NCBI GenBank assembly: GCA_965267575.1
Contig: OZ254086.1
Location: 1,472,001-1,536,000 of the forward strand
Direction: 5' to 3'
Origin: Calditrichales bacterium
GTDB taxonomy: Bacteria; Calditrichota; Calditrichia; Calditrichales; J004
Length of the DNA: 64,000 nt
Shown: positions 50,406-58,653 of the stretch, piece by piece
Numbering within the stretch: position 1 is the stretch's first letter
How the letters are laid out: every line of letters begins with the position of its first letter
Notes under the pieces: generated by a model
Seen by the model: only the letters and a program-made list of their open reading frames with translations
Database searches by the model: none
What the model was told of the DNA's origin: nothing
Translations under genes and position numbers: made by a program

Positions 50406-50421
50406 TGAGATATATTTCACA
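50406..50421 (-). promoter_or_regulatory. Rex/CRP-like operator candidate
   Basis: Minus strand TGTGA-AATATA-TCTCA, 9/10 match to TGTGA-N6-TCACA, about 30 bp upstream of the start codon. Confidence 0.45.
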
Positions 50422-50559
50422 AGCGATCGCGGGATTTTCACTAAATATAACAATAACCACGTCCGAAAGAAACCGGATTATTGCTTGCTTAACCTCGCCC
50501 TTGTGACGGAGTTAAGCGCCACAGTCTCTGCCGCGTTTTGTGTTGACAAACAAACGAAT

Positions 50560-50646
50560 TCCCCCTTAAGAAAGGGGGCAAGGGGGTTTTCCTTAATTTT
50601 TCAAGATTACTGATCACAACCCCTTAATCCCCTTTTTTAAGGGGAG
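50560..50646. repeat. Inverted pair of CCCCTT..AAGGGG elements overlapping the 3' end of the acyl-CoA synthetase gene
   Basis: tcccccttaagaaagggggcaagggggtt versus reverse complement ctccccttaaaaaaggggattaaggggtt. Confidence 0.75.
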
Positions 50647-52774
50647 CCAGAGCATCGACCTTCAACCGCACATCCAGCGCCACACAGCCGCTCCCCGCAT
50701 CAAAAACGCGCAGCGGATTTATCTCCATCTCCGAAATAAGCGGGTGGTTGTCCATCAGCCGGCCCAGCCTGAAAATAGCATCTTTTAAAGCGGGCACGTC
50801 GGCGGGGTTTTGTCCACGCACCGACGCAAGCTGCTTCCCGGCCATGGTATTTTTGATCATATATTCGGCATCATCTTCGGAAACAGGAGCCAGGGAAAAA
50901 GCCACGTCCTTTTGTGTTTCAACGGCGATGCCGCCGGAACCAAACATGATCAACGGACCAAACTGTGCGTCACGATAAGCGCCCACGATTGTCTCGCGAC
51001 CACCGTCCGCCATCTTCTGCAGATAAACGCCCTCAATGGCAGCTTGCGGTTCCTTTTCGCGGATCGTCCTTAACATTGCGTTGAACGCGTCCACGGCAAC
51101 TTCCCGGCTAGCGATATTTAAACGCACTCCACCCACATCCGTTTTGTGCACGATTGTTTCCGCGGCGATTTTCATTACCAGCGGGTAACCGGTTTCATCG
51201 GCCAAAGCACCGACTTCATCGACGCTGCGAGCCAGGGCCAGCGGGTAGAGCTCAATCCCGGCGGCCTGGCAAATCACCTGCGCGGCCTGGGCATTTATAA
51301 AGCCGGCGCCGTTTTTGTCCGACTCCCTTTTCAAAATCAAAGCAATGTGTTCATGGTCGATATCGTCAAAGTCAGGCAGGGCACTTTGTGCCTTTTGCGC
51401 AAAACGGGCCGAGCGCCACAGAACGGCCATGGCCTGCGCTGCCTGCTCCGGGTAGCGGAAATCGGGTACATGCGCCGCCCGCAGATGTTCCTCGGCTTCG
51501 CGAACCAGGCGGTCACCCATCGGCACTACTAAAACCGGCTTATTGTGCGATTGTACCACGGGAATTATAGCGCGCGCCACAGCTCCCGCGGAAGACATGG
51601 GCGGTGGCGGCAGCAACACGATAATGCCATCCACGTTGCTGTCTTTAAGCAATAGCTGCAAAGACCGCGCGTAATCCTGCGGCGACGCGGAGGCCAGCAT
51701 ATCAACAGGATTGTTCAAACCGGCGGCAGGGGGCAGAAATGAACTTAGCTCCTCTTTGGTTTTATCGCTGACCGGCGCCAGCTCCATGCCCTCGTTTTCA
51801 AGTGTATCGGTAGTGGTAACGCCCGGCCCACCTGCATTGGTCAATACGACGATGCGTTTTCCGTGTAGCGGGGGGCACCAGGCCAAAACACGGGCCCAGT
51901 CAAAAAGGGCTTCACTGCCCGGCGCGCGGATCACTCCGCAGCGACGAAAGGCCGCATCATATGCGCTTTCCGATCCTGCCAGCGCGCCTGTGTGCGAGGC
52001 AACGGCTTTGCGTCCCGCCTCGGAGCGCCCGACCTTCAGCGCAAGAACAGGTTTTTGCCTTGCCGCGGCAGCGGCACTTTCCACAAAAGCCGCGCCATTC
52101 TTGATGCCCTCCAGGTACATCGTAATTACACGCGTATTTTCATCCGCGGCGATGGCCGGCAACACGTCGCTTTCACAGATATCGCTTTGGTTGCCCAGGC
52201 TGACAAGGTGGGACAGCCCCATGTCCTTGCCGCGCGACCAATCGATGACCGCGGCACAGATCGCACCTGAATGGGAGATAAAAGCAATCGGACCTTTTTT
52301 GGCACCCGGCGGCGGCAGAAAAGTGAGGTTCATCGGCAGGTGTGTGTTTACCAGCCCCACGCAATTCGGGCCGATAATGCGCAGGCCCTCGCGCTTCGCA
52401 ATCCGAATACACTCTTCTTCCAGCCTGCCGCCCTCGGTACCGGTTTCCCGGAAGCCGCCGGAAGCGATCACAATGTGGCGAATACCGCGCCCGGCACATT
52501 CCATTAGCAGCTGTGGCACCAGCGGAGCGGCCACCAGCAGGCAGGCCAGGTCCACCGGATCGGGCACGTCGGAAATGGATCGGTGCAACGGTTGCCCGAG
52601 CAGCGTCTCGCCTTTTGGATTTACAAAGTGGACAGCACCCTCATAGCCGCCATGCACCAGGTTGTAAGCCAGGCCGTAGCCCAGCTTGGCAGGATTGGTG
52701 GAAACCCCCGCCACCACAATGCCATTTGGACTAAAAAAGGGCTTCAGGTCTGCCGGATTTTCCTTTTCATTCAT
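50624..52774 (-). CDS. ADP-forming acyl-CoA synthetase (fused alpha-beta ACD)
   Basis: CoA-binding domain, IIGPNC, ASHTGALAG phospho-His, TNAGG, NNPVD, ATP-grasp HKTDVGGV and EINP; no GNAT domain. Confidence 0.92.
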   Translation of the reverse strand: MNEKENPADLKPFFSPNGIVVAGVSTNPAKLGYGLAYNLVHGGYEGAVHFVNPKGETLLGQPLHRSISDVPDPVDLACLLVAAPLVPQLLMECAGRGIRHIVIASGGFRETGTEGGRLEEECIRIAKREGLRIIGPNCVGLVNTHLPMNLTFLPPPGAKKGPIAFISHSGAICAAVIDWSRGKDMGLSHLVSLGNQSDICESDVLPAIAADENTRVITMYLEGIKNGAAFVESAAAAARQKPVLALKVGRSEAGRKAVASHTGALAGSESAYDAAFRRCGVIRAPGSEALFDWARVLAWCPPLHGKRIVVLTNAGGPGVTTTDTLENEGMELAPVSDKTKEELSSFLPPAAGLNNPVDMLASASPQDYARSLQLLLKDSNVDGIIVLLPPPPMSSAGAVARAIIPVVQSHNKPVLVVPMGDRLVREAEEHLRAAHVPDFRYPEQAAQAMAVLWRSARFAQKAQSALPDFDDIDHEHIALILKRESDKNGAGFINAQAAQVICQAAGIELYPLALARSVDEVGALADETGYPLVMKIAAETIVHKTDVGGVRLNIASREVAVDAFNAMLRTIREKEPQAAIEGVYLQKMADGGRETIVGAYRDAQFGPLIMFGSGGIAVETQKDVAFSLAPVSEDDAEYMIKNTMAGKQLASVRGQNPADVPALKDAIFRLGRLMDNHPLISEMEINPLRVFDAGSGCVALDVRLKVDALAPLKKGD

Positions 52775-52778
52775 TGTC

Positions 52779-53972
52779 TCATCCTTGTCGAATTTTGTTG
52801 GCCACCGTTATTAGCTTTTCACAGGCCAGGTCAATGATTTGGTCGCTGGCGGCAAAACCGATGCGGAAATAGCCTTCGCGGCCAAAATCGCTGCCGCCCA
52901 CCACCAGTAGCAGGTTTTCCTTGGCAATCTGCACAAAATCCTTCTCCGGCCCGATGGCCTTTGGGAAAATATAGAATGACCCGTCATTGGGCGGATAGCT
53001 GTATCCGGCTTCATCCAGCGCGTTGTAAAGGCGCTGACGCTTGTCGCGGTAATGGCTGAGGTCGATATGCGCGTCCAGCGATTGGGCGATGACATGCTGC
53101 ATAAAGGCGGGCGCGTTCACAAAGCCGAGAAAGCGGTTGCACATGGAAAGCGAGCCAATCAGCATGGGCCAATTGTCGGTTTCCAGCCGCGGATTTATGG
53201 CAATGTAGCCGATGCGCTCGCCGGAAATGCTGAAGGCTTTGGACCAGGAAAAGCACATAAAACTGTTGTCATGAAACGAAGCGGGCGAGGCAAAAGGCGC
53301 GTCAATAAATTTCATGTCACGATACGGCTCATCGGAAAGCAGGTAAATGGCGTGGCCGATCCTTTTTTCGGCTTTGTTCAGCAGCTCTCCCAATTGCCGC
53401 AGTTGCTGTTCCGAGTAAATCCTGCCGCTGGGATTATTGGGCGAGTTAATAATAATAGCCCTGGTTCGCGGATTAATCGCTTTTTCGATTGCTTCCAGGT
53501 CAAGGTCAAAATCTTCGGCGCTTTCTACCAGGATCATCTTGCCGCCGTGGTTGTCCACATAAAAGCGGTACTCCACAAAAAACGGCTTTATCACGATCAC
53601 CTCATCGCCTTCATTCGTAATCGTTTTAAGCACTACGTTCATGGCCCCGGCCGCACCGGTGGTCATTATGATATGTTGTTGTTCGATCTCAGGAAAATAG
53701 GCTTTGCGACGCAGATACCCGGCCACAGCCTCGCACACGTAGGGGTAGCCGGCATTGGGCATATAGGCATGTTGCAGATTGTCCGCATCGGCAGACAGTC
53801 GTTTAATGGCTTCCGTGTATTCTCTGGGCGGCGGAAACATGGGATTGCCGATGGACATGTCGGCAACAGCCTCCTCGCCAAATTCTTTTTTAAGCCGCAA
53901 CCCTTCCACAAACATCTTGCGTATGGCCGAGCCGCTGTGGAAAAACTGCTGCACTTTATCAGATACAACCAT
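52779..53972 (-). CDS. PLP-dependent class I aminotransferase
   Basis: INSPNNPSG, SDEPY and SWSKAFSISGERIG (PLP lysine). Confidence 0.93.
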   Translation of the reverse strand: MVVSDKVQQFFHSGSAIRKMFVEGLRLKKEFGEEAVADMSIGNPMFPPPREYTEAIKRLSADADNLQHAYMPNAGYPYVCEAVAGYLRRKAYFPEIEQQHIIMTTGAAGAMNVVLKTITNEGDEVIVIKPFFVEYRFYVDNHGGKMILVESAEDFDLDLEAIEKAINPRTRAIIINSPNNPSGRIYSEQQLRQLGELLNKAEKRIGHAIYLLSDEPYRDMKFIDAPFASPASFHDNSFMCFSWSKAFSISGERIGYIAINPRLETDNWPMLIGSLSMCNRFLGFVNAPAFMQHVIAQSLDAHIDLSHYRDKRQRLYNALDEAGYSYPPNDGSFYIFPKAIGPEKDFVQIAKENLLLVVGGSDFGREGYFRIGFAASDQIIDLACEKLITVANKIRQG

Positions 53973-54067
53973 ATTTCATCCCGTGTTTAAGTTTGGGTTT
54001 TTGCACTAACTTATATACAAAAAAAGCACGGAATTAGCCAGTAATCTTTTGGGAAAGTGTGCTTGAA

Positions 54068-54107
54068 GAGTCAGGAAGTCCGGGGGTCATGAAGTCTTGA
54101 AGTCGGG
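54068..54107 (+). repeat. Octamer array (AAGTCYKG x5), left arm
   Basis: gagtcagg aagtccgg gggtcatg aagtcttg aagtcggg. Confidence 0.8.
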
Positions 54108-54259
54108 CTGCACTGGAAGCTTAAAAGCTAGTGGTGTAAAGGTTTAAAAAAAGGCAAGAGTACAGCTTGCGGAATTTAGAAAAATCAGGGAAGAGGTGCT
54201 TAATTTCTAATTTTTGATAATGATGAAGATAATGAGAAAGAAAAGAAAAAAGCGTGTCT

Positions 54260-54339
54260 TCCGACTCAAAGACTCCAAAACCTCAAGACTTCAGGACTCC
54301 GAGACCTCACGACTACAAGACTTCAAGACTTCAAGACAT
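54260..54339 (-). repeat. Octamer array (CAAGACTT x10), right arm
   Basis: tccgactc aaagactc caaaacct caagactt caggactc cgagacct cacgacta caagactt caagactt caagacat. Confidence 0.88.
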
Positions 54340-54365
54340 CCAACCCCCGGTAATGATTGAGAGCT

Positions 54366-55004
54366 TTACAACAGATGCATCACCGCAAAATAATGGCACA
54401 CGCTGCCGCCAAGCACAAACAGGTGCCAGATGGCGTGGCTGTAGGGCAGCTTTTTCCAGCCGTAAAAAATTACTCCGGAGGTATAAAACAATCCGCCCGC
54501 GGCCAGAAGCCAAAGGGATGTTGAGGGAAGGTTTTCCAGCATCGGTTTAATGGCAATAACACAGAGCCAGCCCATGAAGACATAAATGGCGGTGGACGTT
54601 TTGCCCCAGCGCCCGATAAAGAAAATTTTAAATACAAAGCCGGCCAGCGCCAGACCCCAGATGGTGCCAAAAATAGACCAGCCCCAGGCGCCACCGACGC
54701 CTACGAGCATAAATGGCGTATAGGTGCCCGCGATCAGCAGGTAGATAGCGATATGGTCCAAACGGCGCAGTACAGGTTTTACCGATTTTTTGGGAATGCT
54801 GTGGTAAAGCGTCGAAGCGGTGTAAAGCAGGATAAGCGTTGCGCCAAAAATGGTGGAGGCCGTTACAGCCAGGGCGGAAGAGATTTCAACACTGCGCAGG
54901 ATTAGAAAAACCAGCCCGGTGATGCTTAAAATAATCCCGATTCCATGACTGACGGCATTGGCAATTTCTTCTCCCAGGCTGTACTGAGGATGCGACGCTT
55001 TCAT
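54366..55004 (-). CDS. Hemolysin III / PAQR family membrane protein
   Basis: EEIANAVSH, STLYH, DHIAIYLLIAGTYTP, HAIWH and H; seven TM. Confidence 0.95.
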   Translation of the reverse strand: MKASHPQYSLGEEIANAVSHGIGIILSITGLVFLILRSVEISSALAVTASTIFGATLILLYTASTLYHSIPKKSVKPVLRRLDHIAIYLLIAGTYTPFMLVGVGGAWGWSIFGTIWGLALAGFVFKIFFIGRWGKTSTAIYVFMGWLCVIAIKPMLENLPSTSLWLLAAGGLFYTSGVIFYGWKKLPYSHAIWHLFVLGGSVCHYFAVMHLL

Positions 55005-55006
55005 GA

Positions 55007-56434
55007 CTATTTCCTTTTTGGTCGATAAACGTGCGTGGCAGTGCCAAAGAACATCTCGGCGCTTTCCATGATGGTTTCGGAAATGGTCGGATGCGGGTGA
55101 ATGGAGAGTTTCACATCGCTGGCAAGCGCGGCCATTTCAACCGCCAGCACGCCTTCGGAGATGAGCTCTCCGGCCCCGGCGCCCACAATACCCATACCCA
55201 GGACGCGTTCGGTTTCCTTGTCAAAAATCAGTTTGGTCAGTCCGTCGGTGCGGTCCATGGTGATGGCACGCCCGGATGCTGCCCAGGGAAAGCGGGCTAC
55301 TTCAACATCCAATCCTTGTTCTTTGGCTTCGTTTTCGGTAATGCCGCACCAGGCCAGCTCGGGATCGGTAAAAACCACGGCCGGAATGGCGTTGGGTTCA
55401 AAAGCCACTTTTTCACCGGCGATCGTTTCCACGGCCACGTGACCCTCGTGACTTGCTTTATGCGCCAGCATTGGCTCACCGGCCACATCACCGATGGCAA
55501 ATATATTGGGCTCCGACGTGCGGCGCTGCAGATCGGTCGGGATAAAGCCTTTGTCGTCGGGCTTGATGCTGGTGTTCTCCAGGCCAATGCCTTCCGAATT
55601 GGGCTTGCGGCCGATCGACACCATCACGCGGTCGAATTTTTCTTCAACCTTGTTGCCGTCCTTTTGCTCGAATGTCACTTTAATGCCATCGGAGATTTCC
55701 TTCATCTCCACGACTTTAGTGTCCAGCATGATGTTGTGAAAACGAGATTCCAGGTTTTTGGACAGAACCTTTACCAGGTCACGGTCGGCACCCGGCAAAA
55801 GGCCCGGCATCATTTCCACCACGCTGACTTCACTGCCCAGGGCATGATAGACGCTGCCCATTTCAAGGCCGATATAGCCACCGCCGACAACCAGCAGTTT
55901 TTTAGGAATATCTTTTAAGTCAAGGGCTCCGGTGGAATTCATCACCCGTTCGGAGTCGGGGATCAGCGAAGGGATAGTAGTGGGCCGTGAACCCGTCGCG
56001 ATGATGCAATACTGAAAGGAAACCGTCTGTTCACTGCCATCCAGCAGTGTCACATTCAAACTGCCGCTGTCTTTAAACTTGGCATGCCCGCGAATATGGT
56101 TGATACCGCGCTGTTTGAGCAGTTGTCCCGTCCCACCGGTCAGCTTTTGTACGACGTTGTTTTTCCAGTCGCGCACTTTGTCCAGGTCAATTTCCGGTTT
56201 TTGAAAGGCTACGCCCCATTTATGGGACTCTTCCGCTTCATTGACCAGCTTGGCGATGTGCAGCAGCGCCTTGGAAGGAATACATCCGCGATAAAGACAG
56301 ACGCCGCCGGGGTTTTCCTCCGGGTCAACCAATGTGACATTCATTCCAAGATCCGCCGCCAGAAACGCCGCGGCATAACCACCCGGCCCGGCACCAATAA
56401 CAACGAGATTTATTCCTTTTGCTGTTTCAGACAT
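55007..56434 (-). CDS. lpdA: Dihydrolipoamide dehydrogenase (E3)
   Basis: GAGPGGY, GGVCLYRGCIPSK, GGGYIG and HPHPT. Confidence 0.97.
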   Translation of the reverse strand: MSETAKGINLVVIGAGPGGYAAAFLAADLGMNVTLVDPEENPGGVCLYRGCIPSKALLHIAKLVNEAEESHKWGVAFQKPEIDLDKVRDWKNNVVQKLTGGTGQLLKQRGINHIRGHAKFKDSGSLNVTLLDGSEQTVSFQYCIIATGSRPTTIPSLIPDSERVMNSTGALDLKDIPKKLLVVGGGYIGLEMGSVYHALGSEVSVVEMMPGLLPGADRDLVKVLSKNLESRFHNIMLDTKVVEMKEISDGIKVTFEQKDGNKVEEKFDRVMVSIGRKPNSEGIGLENTSIKPDDKGFIPTDLQRRTSEPNIFAIGDVAGEPMLAHKASHEGHVAVETIAGEKVAFEPNAIPAVVFTDPELAWCGITENEAKEQGLDVEVARFPWAASGRAITMDRTDGLTKLIFDKETERVLGMGIVGAGAGELISEGVLAVEMAALASDVKLSIHPHPTISETIMESAEMFFGTATHVYRPKRK

Positions 56435-56446
56435 CAATTTGCTCCT

Positions 56447-56869
56447 TTAAAAATCTTGATCATGATCATGTTCTTGATCGTGATCTTTTTCGGTAAGGTA
56501 TGTATCTTCCACATCTTGCACCCGATTTGCCTGAGACTTTATCAAGCCCATTAACATGGAGACAACGTCCGAGAGAATCTTTTTGCCTTTTTCAACTTCA
56601 TTATCACCGGTGACGACTATTTTAATCAGGTCCAGACATGCAGCACATTCTAAAGCCGAACCTCGTGCAATATGAAAAAAACGTATTTTATCGTCAGCAC
56701 GGTAACGGCCATTTCCTTCGGCAATGTTTAATGGTATTGAAATAGCCGCTTTGTCCAGTTGTCTTGTCAAAACAGCGGACAAATTTTCTTGCTCTTTTAG
56801 AAATTCAAAAAGCCATTTATTAAATAGGATGGCTTTTTGATAAACATTCAGTTTTTCATGGTCAAACAT
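56447..56869 (-). CDS. Four helix bundle protein (23S rRNA IVP / Avd-like family)
   Basis: EKLNVYQKA, QL.KAAISIPLNIAEG.GR and FFHIARGSALE; C-terminal DHDQEHDHDQD is encoded by the repeat. Confidence 0.92.
   Translation of the reverse strand: MFDHEKLNVYQKAILFNKWLFEFLKEQENLSAVLTRQLDKAAISIPLNIAEGNGRYRADDKIRFFHIARGSALECAACLDLIKIVVTGDNEVEKGKKILSDVVSMLMGLIKSQANRVQDVEDTYLTEKDHDQEHDHDQDF
56458..56485. repeat. 28-bp GATC hexamer repeat at the 3' end of the four helix bundle gene
   Basis: gatcatgatcatg-ttctt-gatcgtgatc. Confidence 0.88.
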
Positions 56870-56879
56870 GTTTACCTTA

Positions 56880-56907
56880 GATCATGATCATGAGCAAGAT
56901 CGTGATC
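56880..56907. repeat. 28-bp GATC hexamer repeat on the 5' flank of the four helix bundle gene
   Basis: gatcatgatcatg-agcaa-gatcgtgatc, 24/28 identical to 56458-56485. Confidence 0.88.
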
Positions 56908-56914
56908 GTGCGTT

Positions 56915-58612
56915 TCACCCTTCAAGCATAACCCTGAACGGTTCTTCCAGCACTTCACACACCCACCTCAAAAACCTGGCTGCATCCGCGCCGTCGATCA
57001 GCTTGTGATCGTAGGACAAGGCCAAAGGCATCATCAAACGCGGCTCAAACTTGCCATCAACAAATTTCGGCTCCATAGCCGCGCGTGAGACGCCCAGAAT
57101 AGCCACATCAGGTGAATTGACGATCGGTGTAAAGCCTGTGCCGCCAATGCCGCCCAGGTTGGAGATGCTGAAGTTGCCGCCCTGCATCTCTTCCAGGCTA
57201 AGCTTGCGGTCGCGTGCCTTTTTAGACATTTCGGTCAGCTCAACCGAGAGATCGATGATGTTTTTCTTTTCAACGTTTTTAATGACCGGCACAACCAGTC
57301 CGTATGGCGTATCCACAGCGATGCCGATATTAAAGTACTTCTTGTAGATAATCTCCATTTTGGACATATCCACACTGGCGTTGAACTGCGGAAATTTACG
57401 CAGAGCGGCCTCGATAACTTTTATCAGGATTGCGGTCATGGTCAGTTTACCGCCGGCGTCTTCCGCTTTTTTGCCGTTGGCTTTGCGCAGCTTTTCCAGC
57501 TCAGTGATATCAGCTTTGTCGAATTGCGTCACATGCGGGATGCTGACCCAGGCATAGCTGAGATGTTTGGCTCCCGTCTGCCGCAGTTTGGACATGCTTT
57601 CGCGCTCGGTTTCGCCCCATTTGCTGAAGTCCGGCAGCGGCTCAGCCTGAACGCCAGGTGCCATGCCGGCGCCTTTTTGCTTGTTCAGCATTTTAGCGTA
57701 CGACTTCACGTCCTCAACGGAAATGCGTCCGCCCGGGCCCGATCCCGGAACATCATGGATATCCAGCCCGATTTCGCGGGCAAAGCGGCGAACAGAAGGA
57801 GAAGCCGGTGCAAGCTTGCCGCGCTTGGGCGGTTCAAACACCTGCTGCGGCACGTCTTTGGATACGGTGGCCGCTGCTGCCGGAGAAACGTCCTTTTTCT
57901 CTTTGGCTTTTTCTTCTTTTGGCTCTTCTTTCTTTTCGGGCTTTGTTTCTTCCGCGGCTTCTTCTGTGTCCTCTTCCGGTTCAGCACCACTGGATTCGAT
58001 GACCATTACTTCCTGGTCAACAGCGACTTCGTCACCCTGGGAGACATTGATTTTTTTGATTGTACCGGCGACATCGCTGGGTACTTCTACGACCGCTTTG
58101 TCAGTTTCCAGCTCCAGCAGGCCCTGGTCCTTTTCCACGGCGTCGCCTTCACTTACAAGAATGGAAGTAACCACGCCGGATTCAATGTTGTCACCCAAAT
58201 TGGGGATCTTGAAATTAACGGTTTTGCCGGCGTCCTTGCTTTTTTTGCTTTCCTTCTTCTCTTCCTTCGCAGGCGCCTTTTCCTGTTTAGGCTCTTCGCC
58301 GGATTCCTTCTCTTCCTGCTTAGGCCTTTCTGCCTTTTCTTCCTTTTGCGCTTCTTCTTTCGCGGATCCGTCTCCGGCGCCCTCAATCTCCACGATGGCC
58401 TGGCCTACATCGACCTCATCACCTTTGGAAACAAGCACCTTCGAGATTTTTCCACTTTCCGATGCCGGAACTTCGATGACCGCCTTGTCCGTTTCCAGTT
58501 CCAGCAAGGCCTGATCTTTTTCAATAGTATCGCCTTTGGAAACAAAAACACTTACAACCGTTCCCGATTCAATACCATCACCCAGTTCAGGCAGTTTTAT
58601 TTCTTGTGCCAT
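56915..58612 (-). CDS. aceF: Pyruvate dehydrogenase E2 with two lipoyl domains
   Basis: Two LETDKA lipoyl motifs, ASPSVRRFARE binding domain, DHKLIDG catalytic motif. Confidence 0.95.
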   Translation of the reverse strand: MAQEIKLPELGDGIESGTVVSVFVSKGDTIEKDQALLELETDKAVIEVPASESGKISKVLVSKGDEVDVGQAIVEIEGAGDGSAKEEAQKEEKAERPKQEEKESGEEPKQEKAPAKEEKKESKKSKDAGKTVNFKIPNLGDNIESGVVTSILVSEGDAVEKDQGLLELETDKAVVEVPSDVAGTIKKINVSQGDEVAVDQEVMVIESSGAEPEEDTEEAAEETKPEKKEEPKEEKAKEKKDVSPAAAATVSKDVPQQVFEPPKRGKLAPASPSVRRFAREIGLDIHDVPGSGPGGRISVEDVKSYAKMLNKQKGAGMAPGVQAEPLPDFSKWGETERESMSKLRQTGAKHLSYAWVSIPHVTQFDKADITELEKLRKANGKKAEDAGGKLTMTAILIKVIEAALRKFPQFNASVDMSKMEIIYKKYFNIGIAVDTPYGLVVPVIKNVEKKNIIDLSVELTEMSKKARDRKLSLEEMQGGNFSISNLGGIGGTGFTPIVNSPDVAILGVSRAAMEPKFVDGKFEPRLMMPLALSYDHKLIDGADAARFLRWVCEVLEEPFRVMLEG

Positions 58613-58653
58613 AAATTTTAATCCTCACTTACGCTTCGTTTTTAATCGCCGGT

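Noticed and set aside
50480-50520. GCTTAAC...GTTAAGC hairpin as a riboswitch or T-box leader
   Set aside because: No recognisable riboswitch or T-box consensus; a covariance-model search would be needed
50624-52774. Protein lysine acetyltransferase (Pat/Pka)
   Set aside because: No GNAT domain, and the catalytic phospho-His (SHTG) is retained
54260-54339. Possible CRISPR array
   Set aside because: Units are 8 bp and contiguous with no unique spacers, and there are no cas genes in the window
54254-54550. ORF with KTSRLQD-type repeats (also the ORFs at 10653-11030 and 10724-10978)
   Set aside because: These are translations of the octamer arrays and overlap real genes; no RBS or family motif
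56447-56869. Diversity-generating retroelement or rRNA operon
   Set aside because: No reverse transcriptase, no template/variable repeat pair and no rRNA sequence in the window
57524-58621. Long plus-strand ORFs antisense to aceF (also 40740-41867, 44216-45217, 48722-49807, 51711-52646, 53052-53990, 55031-55918)
   Set aside because: Shadow frames of well-supported genes with no recognisable motifs
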